64,000 nucleotides of DNA, taken from assembly GCA_964564685.1 (NCBI GenBank), contig CAZMBC010000001.1, positions 162,376 through 226,375 on the forward strand. The letters run 5' to 3'. Position 1 is the first letter of the stretch. Each line of letters starts with the position of its first letter. Of the stretch, positions 47,743 through 56,825 are shown in pieces. The position numbers and the translations under genes were made by a program. The notes beneath the pieces were generated by a model. The model was not told the origin of the DNA and searched no databases. It saw only the letters and a program-made list of their open reading frames with translations. Source of the DNA: an uncultured Christensenella sp. Its GTDB lineage: Bacteria; Bacillota; Clostridia; Christensenellales; UBA1242.

Positions 47743-48873
47743 TTACTTGCTATCGTTAATACCCATTTCAAGCTGGCTGTAATTGCCTAGGTCAATAACA
47801 TCTTTTTGAGATAGTTCTTTGCGGGCTTGTTTTGTGGTTTTATAAAAAACTGTTCCCTCATGCGACTGAAAATACAACCCACAAATTTTGCTATTTGTGG
47901 TATTAAGAAGCGTATAAGCCGCCCTTAAACGCGCACCACCAACAATTTTTTCGCTAGCCTTTTTACTGTTTTCTATAAAAACATTATATGCTCTAATGCG
48001 TCCACGATTGTCTATTATAGTAATTCCGTCGTAGTTAAGCATAGTAACAAGCAAATCTGCATAAGCGCGCAACTTGCTTTCGTTATAACTTTTGCTTTGC
48101 ATAAACAATTTTCCAAAGTCAATTGGCTCGGGCAGCCATGTGCCATCTGATAGCAAACCCTTTGTGTCCTTAAAATCCTTATCCACAACCAAGCATAGCG
48201 TACCATGTAATTTCTGAAATGAGTTTATAAGAGTATTTGTATAAAGCGTTTTAATGTCTTGCAATTTTCGAGGTGTAGTTTTTAGTTTGCTTAAAACATC
48301 CTCAACAAAATTTTTAATTGCATCCTCAACATCACTATGAGAAGCGTTTGTTAAACTAAAACTAATATTTGTTTCCGTACCCTTAATTCCGCGTAAACAA
48401 GTTAGTTCATCACTTTTAACATCAATTAAAACAAGTTTTGTTTTGGATTCTAAAATCTCTCTTGTATTATCTTCAAAAATAAGTGTTTTAAAGGATTTTT
48501 CTTTAATAGAGTTTACGCATTTAATCAAGCCGTATTCAACGCCTTCGGAATTAAAGTTTATATAAAGCAACCAATTGTTTGCGCAAAAACAAAGCAAAGA
48601 CTTTAAATGCTCTTCAAAATTATTAAAATTTTCGTCATTATAAAAAGGAATTTTAACACAGTCTGGTACATTTTTAACTACGCTGTTTATGTTGCTAGTT
48701 AATACTATAGAAGGGCGAACCTGCAATTCCTCTTCTTTATATGACGAAAGTTTATGAAAATAGTTTATAAGCTTATTTACATCATTAGAGCCAAAAGTTT
48801 TAAATTCCACCGCAAAAAAATCAATAATTGCTTCAGTGGCCAAATTATAATAGACGTTAGTAATCATATGCAA
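47743..48873 (-). CDS. Protein with a diverged DisA_N/diadenylate-cyclase-like C-terminal domain and an unassigned ~220-aa N-terminal region
   Basis: 376 aa. LNYDGITIIDNRGRIRAYNVFIENS...VGGARLRAAYTLL...LYFQSHEGTVFY aligns by eye to the DAC consensus PLHDGAviI...I.aA..iLPLs...GtRHRAAlG...vVSEEtG. Confidence 0.4.
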   Translation of the reverse strand: MHMITNVYYNLATEAIIDFFAVEFKTFGSNDVNKLINYFHKLSSYKEEELQVRPSIVLTSNINSVVKNVPDCVKIPFYNDENFNNFEEHLKSLLCFCANNWLLYINFNSEGVEYGLIKCVNSIKEKSFKTLIFEDNTREILESKTKLVLIDVKSDELTCLRGIKGTETNISFSLTNASHSDVEDAIKNFVEDVLSKLKTTPRKLQDIKTLYTNTLINSFQKLHGTLCLVVDKDFKDTKGLLSDGTWLPEPIDFGKLFMQSKSYNESKLRAYADLLVTMLNYDGITIIDNRGRIRAYNVFIENSKKASEKIVGGARLRAAYTLLNTTNSKICGLYFQSHEGTVFYKTTKQARKELSQKDVIDLGNYSQLEMGINDSK

Positions 48874-49026
48874 AACTCACTTTTTTTGACATTATATCAC
48901 AAATTTAAATAAAAACAAGTCCATTAATAAAAAAATATATTTTTTGGCAAAAACTAACTATTAAAAATGCACAATATTGTGGTTTATAAGCAAAAAGTGC
49001 TTGTAACAAAGTTACAAAAACACTTT

Positions 49027-51045
49027 TTATCGTCCAAATGAGCCTCCGCCACCTACACCGCCACCGGAAAAGCCGCCACCTATAGAGCCACCGCCAAAGG
49101 TGTGTCCGCCAGATTTAATTGTGGAAATCATATTATTAACAATTTTTCTGTTCATGCTATCACACACAATATGAATAGTTAGAACATCAAGCGAACCATA
49201 GCATGTATTAAGCGGAATAGCAAGCCCTTCAAACTTTTTCACAAAATCATCCAAAACACCCAAAGCATAGGCGTATGGCAAAACATCGTAAAAATATTCG
49301 GGGTCTTTACTAACAAATATTTTAATTTTGTTGTAATCCACAAGCTGAATGTTATTTTTTAGTCCCATAAGTTTGCCGTATTTTAACTTCATGCTTTCAG
49401 TAAATTGCAACAACGAATTGCCTGTGCTAAAAATATCTGCTCCAAACACATAAAATAGTAAGAATGGCAAAAATACAAAGAAGCGTAAACTAAATAAATC
49501 TAAGTATGCAGGGACTTTTTTTATTGTTAACAAGCAAAAACCTAGCGCCAAAATCACTTGCAACAAAACAAGCAAACACTTAACAAATTTACTGAACACA
49601 TTTTTTTTGAAATGCACAATGCAAACAACAAAAACAAGCTGCATAACAAATAATAGAATGAACTCCACAAGCGCATCTATCTCAAGTGGCTGTCGAATAA
49701 CAAACGCTAAAACAAGAAGTGAAAATAGCGGAATAAGAGCCAAAAATCCTGTAAAGAACATTAAAGCAATACTTTTGCCCGAATATCTTTGCCCCTCGGT
49801 GTTAGAAATAAAACTACACGCGTCATTAAACGCAATATTAAGTTTATAATCTTTGTCGTCAAGATTATAAGTTTGGGAAGATGCAAACATTTTTTCAAAG
49901 ATATCTTTTTCATAAGGTTTAGCGCTATCAGGCAATTCTGCAATTTTTGTTAATGAAACCGGTTCGTTTTTTTCGTCCAAGTTTATTTTAATGCACTTTT
50001 TGCTAGCCCATGAAAGCAACAGCGAGGTCATGTGTTTTGGAAGCAATGACCCACGTGTTATATAAGTCGCTTCCGGAGGGGTTACGCCGTCTGGCGGGTA
50101 AAACTCCACCGTAATAACAGGCTTGTTTTTGCCTGCTTTCATCATGCATATTACTAAAACTGCCACAAAACAAATTATGGTTACTACAAGTACAAAAACA
50201 TCATAATTTTTACTAAATTTTGAGCTATCAACCTCACTAAAATACCCTTCAGGTAATTCCAACCTTACCGTTAAGCCCTGATACTGTGCCAAACCAAATA
50301 CACCATGGTCCACAACTCCGGCTTCATAATCCTCAAGTGCCTGAAGATTGGAAATGGTGTTGTTAATTACATCATATCTTATGCTAACTGGCGTAGAACT
50401 TTCGCCATATTCCCCCACATAAAAGTTTATGTTACTAGCATCAAACTCTTTAGGCATAGTAATGTTAAACACAAATTTTTCTGCCCTTACTGGGTTATCT
50501 GTTCCATAAAGATTAAAATAAAATTCGTCCGCTTTAGGATACATATCGTAACCTAAATTTAGCGTGTAGCTATACACATAATCAATACTTACGCCGGATT
50601 CTAAATTAATATAGTCATCTCCGCCAAATTCTATATAATAGTAATCATCCATATTGTAATGATCATACATGTTGATGGTTTTATCCTCTACGTCCGTTAA
50701 TGTGTAGTTATATTTTGTAGTAACTTTTTCGTTAGTGGTTTGCCAAAGGCGCGTAACATTGGTTACAAGCGGGATAGCCCTAACCCAGCCCTTGCGCCAT
50801 GTTGCGCGGTTATTCATATCCGCCTGTTCGTAGTTTACAGTAACACTTTCGGTTATTTGAAAACTATTATCCAAATTAACTTTCACATCCACTTTGTACA
50901 AGGAAAAGTAAAAGTTGTTTCTACTACTAGAACTAGCACTAACATTGCTGTTATTAGAAAAAATAGGCCTAGAAGATAAGCCTATTAAAAGTGCAATTAT
51001 TAACAAAAATAAAACATAAATTTTGTAATTTCTTTTTGTTTTCAA
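49027..51045 (-). CDS. DUF2207 family membrane protein (Gly-rich C-terminus)
   Basis: 672 aa. Signal peptide, large ectodomain, several TMs, and C-terminal GGGSIGGGFSGGGVGGGGSFGR. Directly downstream of lemA, which is the typical pairing. Confidence 0.7.
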   Translation of the reverse strand: MKTKRNYKIYVLFLLIIALLIGLSSRPIFSNNSNVSASSSSRNNFYFSLYKVDVKVNLDNSFQITESVTVNYEQADMNNRATWRKGWVRAIPLVTNVTRLWQTTNEKVTTKYNYTLTDVEDKTINMYDHYNMDDYYYIEFGGDDYINLESGVSIDYVYSYTLNLGYDMYPKADEFYFNLYGTDNPVRAEKFVFNITMPKEFDASNINFYVGEYGESSTPVSIRYDVINNTISNLQALEDYEAGVVDHGVFGLAQYQGLTVRLELPEGYFSEVDSSKFSKNYDVFVLVVTIICFVAVLVICMMKAGKNKPVITVEFYPPDGVTPPEATYITRGSLLPKHMTSLLLSWASKKCIKINLDEKNEPVSLTKIAELPDSAKPYEKDIFEKMFASSQTYNLDDKDYKLNIAFNDACSFISNTEGQRYSGKSIALMFFTGFLALIPLFSLLVLAFVIRQPLEIDALVEFILLFVMQLVFVVCIVHFKKNVFSKFVKCLLVLLQVILALGFCLLTIKKVPAYLDLFSLRFFVFLPFLLFYVFGADIFSTGNSLLQFTESMKLKYGKLMGLKNNIQLVDYNKIKIFVSKDPEYFYDVLPYAYALGVLDDFVKKFEGLAIPLNTCYGSLDVLTIHIVCDSMNRKIVNNMISTIKSGGHTFGGGSIGGGFSGGGVGGGGSFGR

Positions 51046-51627
51046 TTAAAACTCCACTTTAACATTTTTTCTTTCATTTTCATCAATTACAAACATTTCT
51101 TTGCGTTCAAAATGGAACCAACGTGCTATAATGTTGCTTGGGAACATATCAATTGCATTGTTAAAGGTTTTAACAACAGCGTTGTAATATTTACGCGCGT
51201 TAGCAATATCTACCTCTAACGATTTTAGCTGCCCTTGCAAATCTAAAAAGTTGGTGTTTGCCTTAAGATCAGGATACGCCTCGCTTAACGCAAAAATTGA
51301 TTTTAATGATTGAGTTAATTGTGTTTCTGCTTGCGCTTTTTCTGTTGTTCCGTGTGCGCTTATGCAAGCATTACGAGCTTGAATTATGTTTGTTAAAGCC
51401 TCTTTTTCGTGCTTAGCATAACCTTTAACTGTTTCTACCAAGTTTGGAATAAGGTCATATCTTTTTTTCATATAAACATCCATTGTAGAAAAAGCCTCGT
51501 CAGTATCATTACGTTTTTTAATCAAGCCATTGTATGTTGACCAAATGTACATAACAACTAATACTATTAAGCCAACAATTACGCCTAGAGTAATCCAAAG
51601 CCCTATGCCCCCTAAAAATCCAACCAT
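51046..51627 (-). CDS. lemA: LemA family protein
   Basis: 193 aa. N-terminal TM, with YNGLIKKRN..., ARKYYNAVV and FPSNIIA motifs. Confidence 0.85.
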   Translation of the reverse strand: MVGFLGGIGLWITLGVIVGLIVLVVMYIWSTYNGLIKKRNDTDEAFSTMDVYMKKRYDLIPNLVETVKGYAKHEKEALTNIIQARNACISAHGTTEKAQAETQLTQSLKSIFALSEAYPDLKANTNFLDLQGQLKSLEVDIANARKYYNAVVKTFNNAIDMFPSNIIARWFHFERKEMFVIDENERKNVKVEF

Positions 51628-51714
51628 ATATATTCTCCTTTTAATATAGTTTATTTATATAAACTAATTGTATAACTCTATATTATATATTTTTTTTATT
51701 TTTAACAAGCAATT

Positions 51715-53001
51715 TTATTTAATTTTTTCCATTTTGGTTAAGCCACCCATATACATTTGTAGCGCTGGTGGAATGTTAACACTGCCATCCTCGTTTAAGT
51801 TGTTCTCAAGCACAGCAATTAGCGCACGAGTGGATGCAAGCACCGTGTTGTTAAGGGTGTGAGGATAATAGTTTCCCTTTTCGCCCTTTATTCTAATGCC
51901 TAATCTGCGCGCTTGTGCATCTCCTAGTGTTGAGCACGAGCCTACTTCAAAATATTTTTGCTGTCTTGGACTCCAGGCCTCAATATCGCACGACTTAACC
52001 TTTAGGTCAGCAAGGTCACCACTACAGCACTCTATTGTGCGCACCGGCACATTAAGCGCCCTAAATATCTCAACAGTATATTGCCACATTTTATTGTACC
52101 AGTCCATGCTATCCTCGGGCTTACAAATAACAATCATTTCTTGTTTTTCAAACTGATGCACCCTGTAAATTCCGCGTTCTTCAATGCCATGCGCGCCCAC
52201 TTCCTTTCTAAAACAAGGCGAATAGGATGTCATTGTAATTGGCAGTTTGCTTTCCGCAATAAGTTGGTCTTTAAACTTGCCAATCATAGAATGCTCGCTT
52301 GTGCCAATCAAAAACAAATCTTCGCCCTCTATTTTGTACATCATTGCATCCATTTCTGCAAAACTCATAACACCATTAACAACATCACCTCTTATCATAA
52401 AAGGTGGAATACAATAAGTAAAACCCTTATTAATCATGTAATCACGCGCAAAGTTTATCATGGCGCTAACCAAGCGGGCTGGATTACCCATTAAATAATA
52501 AAATCCGTTTCCGCTTGTTCTGCCTGCGCTATCCTTATCCAAGCCACCAAAGTTTGCCAAAATATCTGCATGATAAGGCACTTCAAACGCTGGCACTTTG
52601 TTTTCACCAAACTTTTGAAGTTCTACATTTTCGCTATCATCCTTGCCAATAGGCACATCTGGCGCTATAATATTAGGAATAATCATCATAATGCTTTTAA
52701 TTTTCTCTGATATTTCTGCCTCTTTGGCTTCCAACTCCGCAAGGCGCGAATTAATTGCAACAACTTCTTGTTTTTTTGCATTAGCCTCATCCACGCGTTT
52801 TTCGCGCATTAACAGCCCTATTTCTCCGCTTATTTTATTGCGTTTTGCGCGCAAATTATCTCCCTCTTGTTTAAGTGCGCGATTTTGGTTGTCAAGCGCC
52901 AAAACTTCATCCACCTTGCTTACTTTTGAATGCTGAAACTTGCGTTTAATATTTTCTTTTACAAGCTCGGGGTTTGTTCTTATAATGTTAATATCAATCA
53001 T
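51715..53001 (-). CDS. serS: Serine--tRNA ligase
   Basis: 428 aa. N-terminal coiled-coil arm and class II motifs (FRKEVGAHG, RVHQFEKQE, GSCSTLGDAQARR). Confidence 0.95.
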   Translation of the reverse strand: MIDINIIRTNPELVKENIKRKFQHSKVSKVDEVLALDNQNRALKQEGDNLRAKRNKISGEIGLLMREKRVDEANAKKQEVVAINSRLAELEAKEAEISEKIKSIMMIIPNIIAPDVPIGKDDSENVELQKFGENKVPAFEVPYHADILANFGGLDKDSAGRTSGNGFYYLMGNPARLVSAMINFARDYMINKGFTYCIPPFMIRGDVVNGVMSFAEMDAMMYKIEGEDLFLIGTSEHSMIGKFKDQLIAESKLPITMTSYSPCFRKEVGAHGIEERGIYRVHQFEKQEMIVICKPEDSMDWYNKMWQYTVEIFRALNVPVRTIECCSGDLADLKVKSCDIEAWSPRQQKYFEVGSCSTLGDAQARRLGIRIKGEKGNYYPHTLNNTVLASTRALIAVLENNLNEDGSVNIPPALQMYMGGLTKMEKIK

Positions 53002-53029
53002 AAACTTTCTCCTTATTTATGGCGATTTT

Positions 53030-53262
53030 TTAAAAAAAACACCACTAAAAAAAACTGCATTTTTTAGAGGTGAAATTAATCCACGGTACCACTCTAATTG
53101 GACATAGTGCCCCACTCATTATCTGCAAATTGCGTCATGCAGTCAACCCAACTCTTCGCTGGTGTCTCCGGGGTGGAAATAATATTACCTATGTTTGTTT
53201 ACACCAACCACAAACTCTCTGAAATAGGCCACATATTAATAGTCCCTTCATCAACATATTAC
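53030..53262 (-). promoter_or_regulatory. T-box leader (Ser specifier UCC) controlling serS
   Basis: The minus strand carries CAGAGAG (GA motif) and a specifier UCC followed by A. It also has the T-box sequence AATTAGAGTGGTACCGTGG (plus 53081-53099) and a terminator hairpin plus U-run (53037-53073). Promoter TTGACA (53299-53294), 18 nt, TATACT (53275-53270). Confidence 0.85.
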
Positions 53263-53398
53263 AAGATTTAGTATAACCAATTTATAATAATTTTGTCAAC
53301 AGTTTATGTAATAAACACACTAAACTTGTTTTAAAACTCGTATAAAATACCCTAAAACGGATAAAATTTTTTATAGTTTTTAATTACAAGGAGAATAT

Positions 53399-54004
53399 AT
53401 GGAAAAAATAGATTTTGAAAAAAGCGAAACAAAAGTTAATTTGGCACGCGCTTTTGCGGGTGAGTGTCAGGACGGAGCAAGATATCAGTTTGTTGCCACA
53501 CAGGCACAGCAAGAGGGCTACACAAACATCCAAAACTTGCTAAAAACCTTTGCTAAAAACGAGATGGCTCACGCTAAAATGTTTTTTGATTTAATTAATC
53601 AAAACTGTACTAAAAAAACGCAAAACATTCAAATTACAGGCGGATATCCTTTTGAGTGCGGAAGTTTGCAGCAAAATTTAAAGGATTCTATTCAAACGGA
53701 AATTAGTCAAAGCGAAAATGTTTATCCATCTTTTGCTAAAATAGCAAAGGACGAGGGGTTTTTAGAGATTGCTAAAAAATTTGAGTATGTGGCAAGTGTA
53801 GAAAACTCTCACCACGAAATGCTAACCGAACTTTTGGCTATGCTAAAAGCAAATAAATTGTATAAGTCTATGGATGTTAGAGTTTGGAAGTGCGGTCAGT
53901 GCGGATACATGCGTGAAAGCAAAAGCTGTTGGGAAATTTGCCCCGCATGCAACATGCCAAAAGGCTACTGTCAAATATGTTTAAAAAGCGCAAAACAACT
54001 ATAG
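53399..54004 (+). CDS. rbr: Rubrerythrin
   Basis: 201 aa. Ferritin-like diiron helices (E...EMAH, E..H) and a C-terminal rubredoxin-like CGQC...CPAC. Confidence 0.85.
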   Translation: MEKIDFEKSETKVNLARAFAGECQDGARYQFVATQAQQEGYTNIQNLLKTFAKNEMAHAKMFFDLINQNCTKKTQNIQITGGYPFECGSLQQNLKDSIQTEISQSENVYPSFAKIAKDEGFLEIAKKFEYVASVENSHHEMLTELLAMLKANKLYKSMDVRVWKCGQCGYMRESKSCWEICPACNMPKGYCQICLKSAKQL

Positions 54005-54183
54005 CATGCGCCAACACCTTAGCCATTAGTTGACCATTTATTAACAAATATTGTTGTTGTTTAATTTTACTCCACATATAAAATGGATAAATATAATTTA
54101 TGTTTTCATTTACACATATTTTTTGTTATTAAATTGATTTTGCAAATAAAAAAAGGCTAATTTACTGCCTTTTTTTGTTTTTA

Positions 54184-55026
54184 TTATTCTTCCATAGTTG
54201 CTATGCCAATTGCGCCAATCCCCACATGACATCCAAAGACTGGGTCAACACATTCAATTTTAGGATTTTCAATGTTAAGCACAGATTTTAAACGTTCGCA
54301 AATACGACTAACATTGGCATTATCATGAATGTAGCACACATATAGCCTTTTAACATTTTTAGGAATGTTTGCAATCATTTCTACAATACCTTTCCCTAAA
54401 CCCAGAACTTTTTTAGTAACAGTTATTATATTGTTTTTAACCTCAAAAACGGGTTTTATTTTCAAAACATCCGCAATTACTGCAGAAAGTTTTCCAACCC
54501 TGCCACCCCTTTTTAAATATTCCATAGTTTCAGGGATAAACTGAATTTTTGTTTTTTGTTGAAGAGTAGGAATAAGTTCCAAAATTTCCTCAAAAGTGGC
54601 GCCGTTTTCCACGCGCTCCACACATTCTTCCAACAACAATTTTTCTGCCAAACTAGCACATTTTGAATCCACAACAGCAAGTTTTTTGCCCTCAAACGCT
54701 TTGCTTGCCAAGCATGCACCGTTATATGTTCCGCTAAAACAACTGGCAATTGTTAGCACAATAACTCCCGCATCTTTATCCTGCAAATAAATTTCGCTAA
54801 TGGCATCCTCAAAATCCTGTGGGCTAGGCTGGCTAGTAGTAGGAAAACTTTTTGTATTTGCTAGTTTATCAAAAAATATCCTCCAATTTTCCTCACCTGC
54901 ACCGTCCAAAACTTCATCATCTAAAACCAGTTTTAAACTTACAACTTTTATATCATGTTGTTTTACATAATCATCCGTTAAACCAAAAGTACTATCTACA
55001 ACAAATTTAACCATATTAACCTCCAA
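54184..55026 (-). CDS. DegV family fatty-acid-binding protein
   Basis: 280 aa. VVDSTFGL..., TSQPSP, and a SGTYNGA-type motif. Confidence 0.85.
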   Translation of the reverse strand: MEVNMVKFVVDSTFGLTDDYVKQHDIKVVSLKLVLDDEVLDGAGEENWRIFFDKLANTKSFPTTSQPSPQDFEDAISEIYLQDKDAGVIVLTIASCFSGTYNGACLASKAFEGKKLAVVDSKCASLAEKLLLEECVERVENGATFEEILELIPTLQQKTKIQFIPETMEYLKRGGRVGKLSAVIADVLKIKPVFEVKNNIITVTKKVLGLGKGIVEMIANIPKNVKRLYVCYIHDNANVSRICERLKSVLNIENPKIECVDPVFGCHVGIGAIGIATMEE

Positions 55027-55086
55027 TAATTATAGCACATGTGGTTCAAAAGAATTCAGTACTATATTTTATATTCTCAAATTACA

Positions 55087-56211
55087 TTATATACTATTTT
55101 TGAAAGATAAGTGAAGCAAATGCTCCATATTTTTTTCTCCCAATTGTTTATAAACCGCCAAAATATTTTCATTGGCATGGCTAGTTTTTATTTTGTTTGT
55201 GTGGTCCAGCGCATAAAGCCCGCCACCGCGCAAACGCACCAATTCATCATTAGAAATCTTGCTATGGTCCACATATGGCTGACCCGGGCCATTAATACAT
55301 CCGCCTTGACAGTTCATAACCTCTACAAGATGATATTCCTTACCAGCCTTAATTTCTTCCAAAACCTTTTTTGCGTTGGAAATTCCATTAACTATTGCAA
55401 TTTTAAGCACGCCCTCTGCGGTATTTATTTCACACTCTCTAATGCCATCGTTTGTGCGAATTGTGTTAATTGCAAATTCTTCGTCAGTTAAGGAATTGCT
55501 GGTTTTAACCTCTAAAATGCTGTTTAAATGGTTGTTTAAGATATGTACAGTAGTGCGCAAAACTGCCTCCGTAACTCCACCCGTTACGCCAAATATTAAT
55601 CCCGCACCACTACTTACACCAAACAATTCGTCAAAATTTTCATCTACGCAGTCAGCAATATTAACGCCACGCTGTTTTAAAATCGAAGCCAGTTCCCTTG
55701 TTGTTAGCGATACATCAATATTGTTGTCGCGCGTTCTTTCTAGTTTTTTTCCTACACAAGGAGTAACCGACACAACTTTTATATTAGGCGAAAAATGTTT
55801 TATAAGTGTGCTTAACATTTCGGTGGGAGATTTGCAAGTAGACGCATTTTTAGCCAAATCCTCGTATGCGTATTCTAAATATTTTATCCAAACAGGACAG
55901 CAACTAGTTAATACAGGCAAGTTTGTGTTTTGTCTGAACCTGCGTGCTAGTTCCTTGCTTTCTTCAATTATAGTAAAGTCTGCACCCGCGCAAACATCAT
56001 ACACATAATTAAATCCCGCCTGTTTTAGTCCCGATACAAGTTTTCCCACAACATTTGTGCCAATAGGAAATCCAAATTCCTCGCCAATAGCCACCCTAAC
56101 TGCTGGTGCAATTTGCACCGCAACAAGCGTGTTTTTATTGTTTAAAAATTGTATAACCTTTTCCTCGTCCGAAAGCGATTGCTCGGGAGTTTTTGATTTA
56201 ACTAGTTTCAT
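55087..56211 (-). CDS. [FeFe]-hydrogenase catalytic H-domain protein without accessory ferredoxin-like domains
   Basis: 374 aa. H-cluster motifs L1 LTSCCPVW, L2 TPCVGKKLE and L3 EVMNCQGGCINGPGQP. It is colinear by eye with the H-domain of clostridial CpI from QIAPAVRVAIGEEFG onward. Confidence 0.8.
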   Translation of the reverse strand: MKLVKSKTPEQSLSDEEKVIQFLNNKNTLVAVQIAPAVRVAIGEEFGFPIGTNVVGKLVSGLKQAGFNYVYDVCAGADFTIIEESKELARRFRQNTNLPVLTSCCPVWIKYLEYAYEDLAKNASTCKSPTEMLSTLIKHFSPNIKVVSVTPCVGKKLERTRDNNIDVSLTTRELASILKQRGVNIADCVDENFDELFGVSSGAGLIFGVTGGVTEAVLRTTVHILNNHLNSILEVKTSNSLTDEEFAINTIRTNDGIRECEINTAEGVLKIAIVNGISNAKKVLEEIKAGKEYHLVEVMNCQGGCINGPGQPYVDHSKISNDELVRLRGGGLYALDHTNKIKTSHANENILAVYKQLGEKNMEHLLHLSFKNSI

Positions 56212-56695
56212 CCATTTTCCCTTTTAAATTTTCATAAATCCACTTATCAAAAAGTTGGCTGTTTTGCTTGGGAGTGCCCGAAATTAACGCGCATAACTCC
56301 TCCCTACCCAGCAACATAACATTAAGCTTTTTTGCGCTGTTTACAGCGTTTTTTGTAAATATAGAGTTTGTTATAAGCACCGCAATATTAGCATCAAAAT
56401 ATTTCTTGCCCGAAAAGGCCTCCTGAACACCCTTATTGCCAACCGAGTGATTGTAATACAGCTTGGTTTGCACTGCTAAAGTTAATCCATTTTTGCTTGC
56501 CAAAATATCCACACCATAATCCTTGCTTTTTGGGGTAAGTTTGCACTTAAAACCGCAATTTTTTAGCAAAACACTTGTTAGCACTTCAAAGTCATATCCG
56601 TCAAGCGCGTCCACATTGTCTATTGAAATGTTTTGTAAAAATTTATTAACTTTTCTCTTTTCTAAAGCTAATTTAATACTATTCCAAAAAAGCAT
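56198..56695 (-). CDS. Mrr-cat / restriction-endonuclease-fold (PD-(D/E)xK) domain protein
   Basis: 165 aa. GYDFEVLTSVLLKNCGF...SKDYGVDILA...LAVQTK...VGNKGVQE...ITNSIFTKNA. Its 3' end overlaps the hydrogenase start by 14 nt. Confidence 0.7.
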   Translation of the reverse strand: MLFWNSIKLALEKRKVNKFLQNISIDNVDALDGYDFEVLTSVLLKNCGFKCKLTPKSKDYGVDILASKNGLTLAVQTKLYYNHSVGNKGVQEAFSGKKYFDANIAVLITNSIFTKNAVNSAKKLNVMLLGREELCALISGTPKQNSQLFDKWIYENLKGKMDETS

Positions 56696-56825
56696 TTTTT
56701 AAGTTTAAATCACTCCTATTATGTATTATATCAAATATAAAAAATTTAAACAAAGAGAATATCCATATATTTTGTCGGCACAACAAAAAAACAAGCGCTA
56801 GGCTTGTTTAAAATATTATGTTGAT

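Noticed and set aside
53280-53300. TTATAATAATTTT near the rubrerythrin/serS divergent region, as a possible PerR/Fur-type box.
   Set aside because: It matches only about half of the TTATAATnATTATAA-type consensus, and it coincides with the spacer of the serS promoter. That is insufficient evidence.
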